A DNA stretch of 63,983 nucleotides, filler included, from Basidiobolus ranarum (GCA_040143965.1; 4 parts of 4 records of this genome joined end to end with filler, not necessarily neighbours in it); one strand, 5' to 3'. Numbered from the whole stretch's first letter, positions 51,149-63,573 are shown. The notes: a model not told the origin generated them from the sequence alone. Numbers and translations: made by a program.

Positions 51149-52189
51149 TCAAATAGATTGTTTTTCAATGCGTCTCTTCGCCTTAACTTCCTTCTCTGTA
51201 GTGCTGTTGATAGGATCAAAGTAAGGTCTTTCGGCGCCAACCACCGTGACTCGTTCACCATAGCGCGAACCAGCTTCCTCATGTTCATAATCATTAACTG
51301 CTACATGAAGAGTACTACGATTGTCCCATATGGCTACAGTATTTGCTGTCCAGCTCCAACGAACTTGGGCTTTCGTGGTGGTCTTGATGTGGTTGAAAAG
51401 GAAATCCAAGAGAGTATCCGATTCAACTGCAGTTAAATTCTTGATGGATTTAGTAAATCCAGGATTAACGTATAATGCTTTTTGATTGGTGATTGGATTA
51501 GTACGGATAACTGGATGCTCGGTAGCTACTGGAATTTCATACACTGGTGGAACCCCAGTAAGTTTACTAAGGTTAACAAATCCTTCTCCAGAATGAATTC
51601 CCGTAAGTGTCTCTAAGAAATGCTGAAGCACTGGTGATAATTCGTCATAGAGGCTGTAGCCATTAGCCCAGATAGTATCCCCTCCAGTAGGAGGTACCTT
51701 TCGTAGCTGGAGAATGGAGAATGAAGGAGATACCACGTCAAATGATACGTCAGTATGCCAGGTATCAGCACGAGTTTTATTGAGCTCCGTGGGCAATCCT
51801 TTGACACCACCGGAGGGACAAACAATTTCTGGATAGCCTTCGGGACCAGGAGCAACTGGGTGAATATGTAATGATCCAAATTTGCGACCGAAGTCCAAAT
51901 GTTGATCGCGACTTAGCTCTTGATCTCGAAAGAATACAACTCCACGCTCCGCCACCAAAAGAGCAATTTCATTCAATTGCGCATCGTTTAAATCCGCGAT
52001 TTGTACTCCTTTGAGTTCAGTTCCAATTGAAGGAGTTAAATCAACGCGCTTTGTATCTCCGTGTAGAAGGGTTTTAAACTCTGGATCGGCATTGGTACCG
52101 TTCAAATATTGACCTCTGGAAACTTTGGCAATGCTTTTGGTTTCAGCAATAGGCTCTTGAGCAGAGGTAAATCCTGAGGCAATAGTCAT
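51149..52189 (-). CDS. TauD/TfdA-family Fe(II)/2-oxoglutarate dioxygenase (Jlp1-like sulfonate dioxygenase)
   Basis: LTPSIGTE, AERGVVFFRDQ, WHTDVSF (HxD), GGDTIWA, EHPVIRTNP, WDNRSTLH; intronless, 346 aa. Confidence 0.95.
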   Translation of the reverse strand: MTIASGFTSAQEPIAETKSIAKVSRGQYLNGTNADPEFKTLLHGDTKRVDLTPSIGTELKGVQIADLNDAQLNEIALLVAERGVVFFRDQELSRDQHLDFGRKFGSLHIHPVAPGPEGYPEIVCPSGGVKGLPTELNKTRADTWHTDVSFDVVSPSFSILQLRKVPPTGGDTIWANGYSLYDELSPVLQHFLETLTGIHSGEGFVNLSKLTGVPPVYEIPVATEHPVIRTNPITNQKALYVNPGFTKSIKNLTAVESDTLLDFLFNHIKTTTKAQVRWSWTANTVAIWDNRSTLHVAVNDYEHEEAGSRYGERVTVVGAERPYFDPINSTTEKEVKAKRRIEKQSI

Positions 52190-52884
52190 ATCAGAATAGG
52201 TGTAGAATGTCTTGTTTTAGTTAGCCTCTCTACCACCGTACGCATATATATACTAGTGATCTACCCCGGAGAAAAGCCATTTGACAATCCGAGAAAGAAA
52301 TGGTATCATACATAAAGGTCGCATCCGCATCAAGGTGCTAGTACCACTAGCCACAATCTCTGGTATTTCGCGTGTTGAAACAAATGTATCTGTAAATCTG
52401 GAATAATTGAACGACATGTACTACTTGTTGAGAGTTGCCATCTACCTAACACTTTAGTATAGCACATGCTCACAATTCTCTCATTAAGATGGCACTTTCC
52501 AATGATTGGACTTAACTTTACTACGATCCTGGAGATCCTAATTCTTTCCTGCTACCAAATGTTGTGCCTCGGAGTTACTCATCTCCGAAGCTAATCAGAG
52601 TAATATGTCATATAGATCTCGTCATTTTGGCTAATGATTGCAATCATTCTACGATCCATTGATTTTTATTCTTCAATATTTTGAACTGAATTGGGCTTAA
52701 GCTCCGCTCAATAATAAATGTCAGTAAAGATTGAGGTTGCACATGAGATTCACAAGCTACTCATGAGCCTATTGTTTATTGTTATGTAAAATACATGAAT
52801 GAAAGAGGCTTGATTAGATTAAAATTCACCACAAAAGCCATCATATATCGAAGGCACATGGAAGTGAGTTTGAGTTGGTTTAAA

Positions 52885-53778
52885 TTAATCATTGGGATCA
52901 CTAATACCATCAGCGTTGATAGCAAACACTGCTTCTGATTCAGGTAAACAAAATGAGTCATATATTTTACAGATATCAGTCTCACCACGCCCTTTTCTCA
53001 AGGATAAACGAGCTGTTGAGGCATGAGCCATGTTGTCTCCACCGATGGGCTTTTTAGGGTCAGTGTTGAACATAGCGGCACCCAGGTCAACCTGAGCTAC
53101 GACCGGCTTGGTGATTATAACAACACGCCAAACTAAGCAAAATGGTATGTTAGAAAATGGACTCTCATTGGTTACTTTCATATCGCAGCTGTATGACAAA
53201 GTTGAGATTTTCCTGTACGAAATTCTCCAAAAATTTCGGTAATAGAACCAGTTTCGAAACCACCTATAGTTGTAGATAATTTAGTCAAGTTCTGATGAAA
53301 AGGGATACAATGGTACCGACCTCCTAGTAATTTATCCAACTCTTTGTAACCGGTAGTTATGATATAAGTTCACTTCGCCGTTGATGGAATTCTGTAGCAG
53401 TGGTGAATCCCATAGGAACAAGCTTAGAAGCTATGAGGTGTTAATTTTGAAAGATCCCTTTTATCAGTATTATCGTGATCATATACCTCCAGCAATGTTT
53501 TTATCCGCTTTTGCCTCAGAGATACCTCTAACAGTAATCAGTTGTTTTTAGGAGTATAAGCGATCGCTTCCACAGTATAATAACCTACTTCAACGAGCTT
53601 CTTGACATCTGAAGCACTAATACCACATTCCTAATGGATAACAATCGTTTGTTTAGTTTGATGAAATAATAAAAATGAAAGAAATGTACACCAACTTCAA
53701 GTTTTTGTACAGAAAGAGGGCCGAAAACTCCCTCTTCTTCAACTGCTTCTAACTCTTCCTCTCGTTCATTTGTGCCAT
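52885..53778 (-). pseudogene. RAD51: RAD51 recombinase pseudogene
   Basis: Recognisable exons ([99 protein letters not shown]) with frameshifts near 53548, 53480 and 53362, stops, and deletion of the central core after LCHT. Confidence 0.92.
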
Positions 53779-53845
53779 TTTAGAGATTAGGAGGGAAAAG
53801 TTGGGACTGACCGAAGGAATATAGTAAAATAGTAAGTGATAATAC

Positions 53846-54150
53846 TGTAAAAATTAACGTATCCTAGACATCTGTATAGTCATATAAAGCTTAGTATTTA
53901 GTTATTCCATATATACCAAGAGATCACCTCCTATTCTCAAGAGAAATTTACCTGGAAGATTTTGATAACTTATCCTAGAGGCCTCAAACTTTGAACACAT
54001 GTTCTTGGGACCTTCCTTAACATATTCTACACGTTTATTTGTTTACCCAACTATAAATGTCAACTTTCCACTGAATACATCAATAAGTGAAAACCACCAA
54101 TTCTACTAGCTGTCCAAACCACTTCCAACAACTTCCACAATATTTTAACA
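53846..54150 (-). mobile_element. Solo-LTR-like element, copy 3, 305 bp
   Basis: TGT...ACA ends, perfect target-site duplication AATAC; reverse complement of copies 1 and 2. Confidence 0.88.
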
Positions 54151-55136
54151 AATACCATTTTAGTAATGGATATACATACTTGATTGTGACATTGTCATCT
54201 CTTCTCACTCTCAGAAAACATCTCTGCAATCTCACTTGCTGAGAGTTGAATAATGATGTAACTAATTATTGTGGTATGAGAATCACTCTTTCTTGAAAAT
54301 AGACTCTACATACCTTGAGTTTAAGTCTAATTGACTGCACTAAAATGAACATGTATATTTATGGGCTATTTATAAGCGTGTTTTTTCTTACTGCTCTAAA
54401 TTACTTGTCTCCTTTGCTAATCTAGTCCCTTGGAGTTTGTTTTAACACATAAGCACTGTGCTGTTATAAAATTCTCTATTTTTCCAAGTAGATGGCTGAA
54501 ATTGTATAAGTACAAGACAGCGGAGTCAAAACTATTCAAGTGTGCAATCGACTTGCGCATATTTTGATCTTCCACAATGAGGATATTGTTGGGGTCGATT
54601 TCAAAAGTAATACTGACATAGAAAATATACCAAATATCAATTGCGGAAATTGGTTGGATGTGCAAGTGTCTTCTTGATGTATGTACTTCTCATCTAATTT
54701 ACTGGCTTCGTTTTTAATTAGATTATGTTTGCTTTGCAAAGATATATTCGCAACCGACTTTTTGCTGAACACCGCGTCTTGGATTACACGACGTATGTGT
54801 GTCCGATTGTGTAGGGTATCTCGGATGTGAGTTCAATTTTGCGGAAGAGTAAAGATAAATGTTGTGAAAATGTTGCACCATCTCTGCAATAGGCATACTT
54901 ACCTGCCTGCAACCGATATTATTTTGATGTTGTTCTTGGTAGTGTCCTTGTGAACTGTGTATTATATAAAAACGGTAATTGTGATAGATATATTGGTATT
55001 ACTGTAAAAATTCTATTTTCCCTCAAAAAACACCTTTTTATTTGTATTCTATCAATTTCTTTGAGTTTCGGAAATTCGAGGAATAGTACTCTTCAACTTT
55101 GCGTTAACTTGGGCATTACATCATTGCTGTTGGTCT

Positions 55137-55371
55137 TGTTGAAATAAGCATAGCCTAAACATCTATATAGCCATATATAGCTTTGTATTTAGTTATTCCA
55201 TATTGAATAAAGATATCACCTCAAGAGGAATTTCCTTTCCTAAACACATTCTACACGTTTATTTACCCAACTATAAATGTCAACTTTTCACTTAATACAT
55301 AGATAAGTGAAAACCATCAATTCTTGTAGTTCACCAAACCACTTCCAACAAACTCCCAAAATACTTCAACA
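55137..55371 (-). mobile_element. Solo-LTR-like element, copy 4, 235 bp, internally deleted
   Basis: TGTTGAA...TTCAACA ends; flanks GGTCT/AAACA do not match. Confidence 0.8.
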
Positions 55372-55435
55372 AAACATGCCTCGAGTTGATTCGAGCAAAT
55401 CTTTAACCTTCCAACTTCTCTCCTCAGCCAAGTTC

Positions 55436-58295
55436 AAACGCGGTTATTGTGATGTTGGACTTCAGCGTTTACATTTGAATTACTGGATTGAATATCGTCA
55501 CAGAGGGTAACATTTACTGATATATCTCTAATTTTCGAAGTATTTTATATATATATCAATGTTGTAACCTGCTGCTAAGCCTGCTACTTCTATACACATT
55601 GTTTATAGTTTTATTAAATTGAAAGTACTGTGAACACGTAAGTTATCATCATACCTGGAGTGACTGCCTGGAGTGACTGGATGATTATTTTCTCTAATGA
55701 TGCCCCATATGAGCCTCTATCTATCTAATACGAATGATCGCCTGCCTCAGGATCAATAAAATATAGTGGATGAGCATATTCCCGTTGTCACACAGAATCT
55801 AAGCTTGGTGACTGTCAAATCGCTACCATCGTGTTGATTTTTTAAGTGTTCTATCCTGAAATTAAGAGAGGGTTTCCCGATATAACTCAATGGACTAATT
55901 TTGCACCATCGTACTCCATGCGCATGTAATGGTATTCCATATAAGGCTTATCTATCAATGAGAATACAGTGGATGAGCATATTCCCACACAAGATCTAGG
56001 CTTGATGTCTGTCACATATGCAATCTTCTAAACAGAAGTAGAATATAAGTTCTGTTTTGTAATTAAGAGAGTTCTAAACACAATACATAAGAAAGAGAAA
56101 AAGGTGCTACCTTCATCTTTGTATGAACGAAGATATTGCCATATATAAAATCCAGTCTCCCCTTGAAAAGGAACATTCCTACATCCTCCGAGCTTATAAT
56201 GGGACGTATATCAAATTCCATTTCGTATCGCTTGAGTACTTGACCTCTCAAAACCATACCTACGATTGCGTCTATTTGAGCATTAATTTCAATGTTATAA
56301 TATTAAGTTTCACATTATAGCTTTGGGATAGTCTTCAAATACTCGCGTATTGCAACAAACGTCCTCAACTATTCTCCTATATTAACGTTACCTTTTTACC
56401 AATTTTCATCTACTGTATTCTGTTTTACAGATATAGAGATGCCAAACCAAAGGGTGTTCAAATATGTATACGATCGGCTTGGTGCTACCTCATTATCACC
56501 ATTCTTTGCACTCTGAAAAGTCTTTATATCTTACCAAATGAAGCTTTGGTTTGTGAAGGCTTGAGGAACAACACAGAAATGGAAGAGATGGTCAAAAACC
56601 AATACAAGTATTTGATTTCATGGGTAAGTACTGTACTGTTCTATGAATTTCACTGAGCTATGAATTCTTCATTCATTTTGTTAACTTAATGTACCGATAG
56701 ATTATATTTGGTATTGCACTAGGGTCGAGTTACAACAAATTTTGCCGTGCCAATAACTTTACCGTCACCCGAATGGATTTAAGCGACGCTAGTAGAAGAA
56801 TAAAGAATTTGGAAGCCCGATTAAAAGACATCAAACTTTTACATTCAACCATGGGTTAAATTATGTGCTTATCTTAACTGGGCTGCAATAAATGATACAT
56901 AGATACTACATATGCTTGATCTCTAATAAAGAAATGTTTCTCAGAATTCAAAAAATAAAAGTAACGGCTTGAATGAGCATATAGTGCAAAAAGGAATGGA
57001 TTGCGTATATTTCTCCGCATCGCTTGAATTTGATTGAAAATAATAAAATCTTATTTTGTTGTTGGTATATCCGTGCACACTCACATATATTGGCAACCCC
57101 AATACTATCAGGTGCATCATCCATGGGCCCACTTCAATCATGACCTAAAGTGGCTAATCAATCCTACCGGTTTCTCGGTACGATCAGTAAACTGAGATTA
57201 AACCTGGTTCACCAACAAACCCTATATATAGCAACACACACTTGGTAACACACACTTCCAGAATTGAACTAACTGTGGTTGTTGTTGGAATCAAATAACA
57301 AATAAGTCCACTCGTTATTCATACCAATATGACTGGATTGCTATCTTAATTCGTACTTTGTGAAGGTATTGCGCTATTGATTAGGCAAGAGCGACTGAAT
57401 GAGCTTCTATAACTATTCTATCGGTGTGTTGTTTTCGTGAGAATCTCGCTTTTGAACGTAGTGACTTGAGAATAATTCAAATAGAGCAAATTCATAATAC
57501 TACCACATCTTCCTGATACACTTCAAATCACCCGTATTCAGCCAGAACGCTAAATTTACTGGAATCATAATGACATCGTGGTAATGAATATATATACCTG
57601 TTCTCATCACTACCTCAAGCTTGCAATTGTTGAGCCACGAAAATTCCATGTGCCTTCCTGAATGAGAATGGCGTCCATAAGACTAGTTGACTGTATCGAA
57701 ATAGAAGTATATTTCTATATGCTACACGTGAGTAATAGAGGTATGTATTTGTATATCTCATATGTGTTTACCCATCACTACCAACATGACTCCAGCGGAT
57801 TTGGGTTAAGTTTCACCCTTTCAATTTTTCTCTTCCGCCAGGTACAAATCAACCGCGGTCATTGTGGTGTTCGATCTCAGAATCCGTTGCCTGCTACATT
57901 AAGATTTGAATTACTGGGTTGAATATCATCACTCAGAGTAGCACTTACTGATATATCCCTAATTCTCGAAATATATTATGTATGTATTAATGTTGTAACT
58001 TGCTACTTCTAAACACATTGTTTATAGTTTTCATTAAATTGAAAGTACTGCGAATACGTCAGTAAGTTATCATCATACCTGGAGTGACTGCCTGGAGTGA
58101 CTGGATGATTATTTTCTCTAATGATGCCCCATATAAGCCTCTATATATCGAATACGAATGATCGCCTGCCTCAGGATCAATGAAATATAGTGGATGAGCA
58201 TATTCCCATTGCCGCACAGGACCTAGGCTTGATAGCCGTCAGATCTCTCGCATAGTGGCAATCTTCTAAACAGAAGTAGAGTATATGTTCTGTCC
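55436..58295 (+). repeat. Segmental direct duplication (~55436-56056 vs ~57851-58293); partial third copy at ~61915-62030
   Basis: Long near-identical tracts such as gttatcatcatacctggagtgactgcctggagtgactggatgattattttctctaatgatgccccatat and cttctaaacagaagtaga. Confidence 0.9.
56199..56859 (+). pseudogene. Copy A of the tandem membrane-protein family; exons 2-4 open, exon 1 apparently defective
   Basis: Exons 56321-56346, 56431-56623, 56701-56859 read LWDSLQILAYRDAKPKGVQICIRSAWCYLIITILCTL..CEGL..W/IIFGIALG..; no in-phase donor found for the ATG at 56199. Confidence 0.6.
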
Positions 58296-59339
58296 TGTTG
58301 TTAAGGAAATGTTCCTCAAGGTAACTCAACAGATCAATTTACACCATCATATCTCATGCGCATATAAATTCGAAGTTATTTTCCTGATCAGGCATTTCTC
58401 TGAACACGCAAGAAAAAGCAGGAGAAATTAGTGTTCATCTTAGTATGAATGAAGATATTGCCATATTTACATAAAGTATACTCTTCTCCTTATATCCTCG
58501 AGTTTATAATATCCAAGGTCGTTCAACCTACTTCCTCCTTCAGGTGTATTTCCACATCGTAGTTTGTATTATTGATCTCTTTATTAAATTGTAATACCGT
58601 ACGCTCTTACTATATATCAGCGTAATGGATCTCCCACTTCCAGTACTGAAGCGAGTAACAAATATATAGATATGTGAGTTCAACCACGGCCCCAACTGAT
58701 TGATTACCCTATCTTGGCTTGGCTCGACATAATGGTTTGCAATCAGCGCGGAGCGATCTGAATCCTTGTATGACGTCAATTTTCTTAACTGAAGAATTAT
58801 CAGTCATGTAGCTTAAGCATTGTCTCAAGTAAGCTAGCTATTCACTATATAATAAACATTTAATGTGTAATACTGTCTATATTTCTGATAAATTAATTAT
58901 GTTCCTACCTGAATTTCTGTTTAGATTGACGTATAGCTTTGTGACAGTCCTCAACTACTTACAACCAATCAATGTAGCAGTTAATTCCCGAAGAAAAATA
59001 GTTATTGTGCTTGCCATATTCTCAAGAAGCCAACCGACAATTCATGATTTCTCATTTCTCAGATGGATCCACTAAATTATTAGTGTAGCGCATTCGAGTA
59101 GTGTATTACTACTTGAATTTGCTGCATAAATTTTATCCCTCCATTTCTTTCGCTAACGTAGCAACTCTAGCTCTGCTCGAGTAGATCGGAGTATATTCTT
59201 AACCTTGTGACTTTTCATCAGGTATATTCTGGTGGTGTTCATTGCATTGTAAATTAGTAACAGCATCACTATATACAGCAAGAACTCCAAAGATTCATCA
59301 CCTGTAGTTGAGCGCCACCAGCACTTATGGGTGTATAAT

Positions 59340-59820
59340 ATGAATATACTTTCCCTTTTATATAAAACCTTCGCTTAGAGAAAAGTCGGTAATACCCTCT
59401 TACCATGAGTAATGACCAACGTACATGTAGTAGATTTTGCCTCGCCCTTGCTCTTGGACTGGAGAATTGCTTATTCTCAGTATTAAGACGGTATGTAAAA
59501 CGGATTATGCGCATTGGACATGTTCCACAGAAATATATTTACTGCTACCTCGAAACATAAATTTGTGTTAATATTGCATTTCTCCAGCTTACTGATATTA
59601 CTTTCAGATATAGTTTGGTGATAATCTTGTAATCTTCACACATTTTGTTCACCATTTCTCGTTCAGATGGACTATACTGCTGTACTTATTGCTATGATTC
59701 CCATTTTTCCGAATACTAACCTTCTTAAATGAAGGCACTGTTTGTAAAACACCAAGTGATAGCTCCGAAATCGATACTCATATACAATACTCGAGCTTGT
59801 TTCAACATGTAAGTACTATG
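59340..59820 (+). pseudogene. Diverged, degenerate copy of the tandem membrane-protein family
   Basis: ATGAATA start and ggtatgtaaaac donor like 60490/60618; aatgaaggcactgtttgtaaa and gtaagtact resemble the end of exon 3. Confidence 0.45.
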
Positions 59821-60489
59821 CTGTTCTAGACTCGTCTATTCTTCCTATATAAATCTTTATACAGTGTATAGCTGGCTGAAGTTGTATGTAAATTCTATAT
59901 GGTTTGTCAATATGGCTAGTAATCTGCAAGTGCAGTTGGGTAAATGCATAGCCTTACAACACATCTCTTTCTCCAGATATGCCTCAACTGACCCTAATCC
60001 TATATATAGTATGAACATAGATGTTCTATCGATGACGTCGCTTAAAAATAACGACCTGCTAGAGCATTTTCATTCATACTAATTCCAGGTGAAGGAAAGA
60101 TATGAATTGAACTGTTAAAGCATAAGCTTCCAACTAAACCATTTAAAATATGATATTTGATTTGTTCAGGATTTAGCATCAACAATGCTGGTCAAGCTGA
60201 GTATATCCGCATAACTTACTCTGTTGATTATTCAGGTACAGTCGGGTGCATGCACTCACAAGCCTTGACAAATATGGATTTATTTCTCAACACGTGATCC
60301 TTTCTCTCCATCTAACTTGGATCTAGGCATGTAGGAAGGTGAAGGAAAGCAAGAACTACTTTACCAGTAATAGTCCACCTAAAAAAAAGGATATACGGAT
60401 GCTTATATATACGGATGCTCATATTGCCATTATTTATAAAACCTATTCTTCCTCGTAAAAAGAGTATTTCTATGTCCTCTGAGTTTATA

Positions 60490-61354
60490 ATGAATCGTTT
60501 ATTTAAATTCTTTTTCGATACCCATAAGTACTTAATCTCCCCAAACAATTGTGGTGTCACTGGTTGGTGGAACGTTAATTGTATTTCTTGGCTGTTGGCT
60601 ACATGTACTCTCAGACTGGTATGTAAAACTGTTTACATACATTAGACAACTCATCTGCGGTTGTAGTATTAATTTTCGCAACATAGCTTTGGGGGAGTCT
60701 TCAAATCCTCGCGTATTGCAATAAATGCCCTCAATTATTCCCCTTCATTTACATTGGCTTCTTGCCACTACCTATCTATGGTATTCTGTTTTACAGGTAT
60801 AGAAATGACAATATACGAGGTGTTCAAATATGTATACGATCGGCTTGGTGCTACCTCCTTATCACCATTCTTTGCACTCTGACAATTATTTATATCTTCC
60901 CAAATGAAGATTCGATTTGCGAAGGCTTGAGTGACAACACTGAAATGCAAGAGCTTACCAAAAACCAATACTTGCTTTTGCTGTCATGGGTAAATACTAT
61001 GCTGATCTAAATTTTTCATTTTTTTTTGCGAACTTAACGTTCCGACAGATTTCATTTAGTATTTCACTATGGTTGAGTTACTGCCTCTTTTGCCGTATTA
61101 TTAAATCCAAGATCACCGGACTAGTATTGGAAACCCAACTGGCCATCACTCAAATGGAAGCGAGTGACATCAAGAGAAGAGCTGAGATCGTCCTCAGAAG
61201 ATTAGAGTTTTGGAAAGACCTATCCAGAATAATGGAGATTTCAAAAGCTCAAAACCATTACGAGAACAAGATTTTGGAGGCCGAAGTAAAAGATTTCCTC
61301 AGTAAGTATAATGTTGCCACAAATCAACATTTAATCAATCATGAGGGGAATTAA
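60490..61354 (+). CDS. Unrecognised 4-exon membrane protein (~217 aa), intact copy B of a tandem family
   Basis: Exons 60490-60618, 60687-60712, 60797-60989, 61049-61354 splice in frame with GT-AG; about three hydrophobic segments, then a helical charged C-terminus. Confidence 0.7.
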
Positions 61355-62371
61355 AGCAGCATTAATGCATGCATTAGTCATTCATTAGTGTTTGATTTTG
61401 GTCTATATGCTTAGCGTATCCTAGCTACGTAATATACCTACATTAAAAATACTAGCTTATAAACCAGTGCATCAACCCAATTTTAATATTTAACGTATCC
61501 TACTATGTAATTTACCTATCTACTAATTCTAAAACAAACTAACTAGGTGTATATTACGCGTAGCCTCAATTCTACAGTTGATGCCTCTCTCTTTTTTGTC
61601 TTACCACTTGAGTGTTGATCAATTTCACTCTATCATCACCTTAGTGGATTTGGGTCAATTCAAGATCATTCAACCTACTTCCTCCTTCAGGTGTATTTTC
61701 ACCCCATAGTTTGTATTATTGATCTCTTTGTTATATCATACGCTCTCATTAAGTATCAATACAAAGGGTATTCCACTTTAACACCCGCCTGTCTGATCAT
61801 TTCAAGCAATACTAATTCAAGATCAAGAACTGATACGAAATATTTAATTCAAAATGAAGAGATATGAAAGTTGTTCATTCCCTGTAATGCTCCATACAAG
61901 TCTATCTCATTCAGACGAATGATCGTCTGCCTCAGGATTGACAAAAATACAGTGGATGAACATTGTCACACAGGATCTAGGCTTAATAACAGCGGTAATC
62001 TTCTAAACAGAAGTAGAATATATGTTCTGTCTTAAAAATCGGGGAGCGTTTCTCGATGTAGCTCAACAGATCAATTTACACCACCATGTCACATGCGCAT
62101 GTACGTTCTAAGCTTATTTCGCGTAACTTACTCCGTTACAGTCGGGTACATGTGCTCACAAACCTTGGCAAATATGCATTTATTTCTCAACACGTGCTCT
62201 TTTCTCCCCATCCAACTTGGATCCAGGCACGTAGGAAGGTGATAGAAAGCAAGAACTACTTCACCAGTAATAATTCACCTAAAAAAAGGATATACGGATG
62301 CTCATATTGCCATTGTATATGAAATCTATTCTTCCCTGTAAAAACATTATTTCTATATCCTCTGAGTTTAC

Positions 62372-62900
62372 AATGAATACTTCCTTATTGGCATTATGTC
62401 TCGCTACCTTTACTCATAATTTTCCAACAACTTTAGATGTTTTTCCACGGGTATGTAAAACTACCTATGCACATTAGACCACTTATCTACCAATATAATA
62501 TTAATTCTCGTAACTCAGTTTTGGGATACTCTTCAAATCCTCTCGTATTGTAACAAACGGCACCAACTACCCTCTTACAATATAGATAATGTAGTTTCAT
62601 ACGTTCTACTATCCATCCATTGTGCTCTGTTTTGCAGGTATAGCAATGACGAAATAAGAGCTGCATCATTTCCTCTATTCTTTGCACCATGACAAACATT
62701 CATATTTTCCGGAATGAAGAGGCGGTTTGCAAAGACTTGAGTAGCAACACTGAAATGGGAAAGTATACAATAAGCCAATATATGACGTTGTTTAAAAACG
62801 TAAGTACTGTGCTGCTCCATTAATTTTCCTTTTAATTTGCTGACTAAATGTCTCAATAGATTGCAATGGTGATGCAGTTTACTCTATGCTACTACTAAAT
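62372..62900 (+). pseudogene. Degenerate copy C of the tandem membrane-protein family
   Basis: Same exon landmarks (ggtatgtaaaact; tttgggatactcttcaaatcctc; caggtatag; attctttgcac; caacactgaaatgg; gtaagtactgt) with deletions and stops. Confidence 0.7.
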
Positions 62901-63244
62901 AGTTAGTGACAATATCCAAGCGGAATTAGGTGAATCCAAGTGCATTCAACCTACTTCTTCTTCCAGGTATATTTCAATGCTATATTTGTTTTGTTAACCT
63001 CTTGACTAATATTTACTACCGTACGCTCTTACTATATATCAGTACAAAGGATCTCCCACTTCCAGAACTAAAGTAAGTATCAAATATCCAAGCCCGTAAG
63101 TTCAGTGAAGGCCTAGGATGCTTGATTGCCATATCGCATATTGACTTGGTATTAAGAAGAGTTGTTTAATCTTTGCCCTGATGCGCAGGTGCTTGATTTC
63201 TTACAACATAACTTCACGTAAAGCTTGCAATCCTTATGTATTGA

Positions 63245-63573
63245 ATATTACTCTACTGTTATTTCTCGCACGGCTCCCAGAATAAAGATTCGTTCGCGAA
63301 GGCTTGAGAAAGAAAACTGAATTGGAAGAGTATATCAAAAGCTAACACTTACTTTTAGTTGTGTGATAATTACTGTACTGTTCTATAAACTTTCCATTTA
63401 TTTATGTGACTCAATGTTTAAATAGATAGCTGGTATTGCACTAGGCCTGAATTGTTAGGGTTAGGGTTAGTAACGGGAAGAATAGAGATCTTGGAAAGCA
63501 AAGAAAAAGATTTCGTCCGTAGGTATAATATCAAGTCACCAAATTAGCATTTAATGAATAATGTGGGAAATTA
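63245..63573 (+). pseudogene. Degenerate copy D (exon 3-4 remnants)
   Basis: aagattcgttcgcgaaggcttgag, tggtattgcactagg and aaagatttc..gtataat..catttaat match copies A and B; shared 3' flank gcagtattaat..catgcattagtcatt. Confidence 0.7.

Noticed and set aside
51149-52189. Intronless TauD as a recent bacterial horizontal transfer
   Set aside because: N-terminal extension and motifs look like the fungal Jlp1 type, and other genes here are also intronless; a phylogeny would be needed
53846-55371. Two same-orientation LTR-like copies ~1 kb apart as one TRIM/LTR element
   Set aside because: Copy 3 has its own perfect target duplication, the copies differ substantially, and no PBS or PPT is evident
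55653-55679. CCTGGAGTGACTG tandem repeat as a CRISPR-like array
   Set aside because: Only two adjacent 13-bp units with no spacers; the recurrence at ~58078 is part of the segmental duplication
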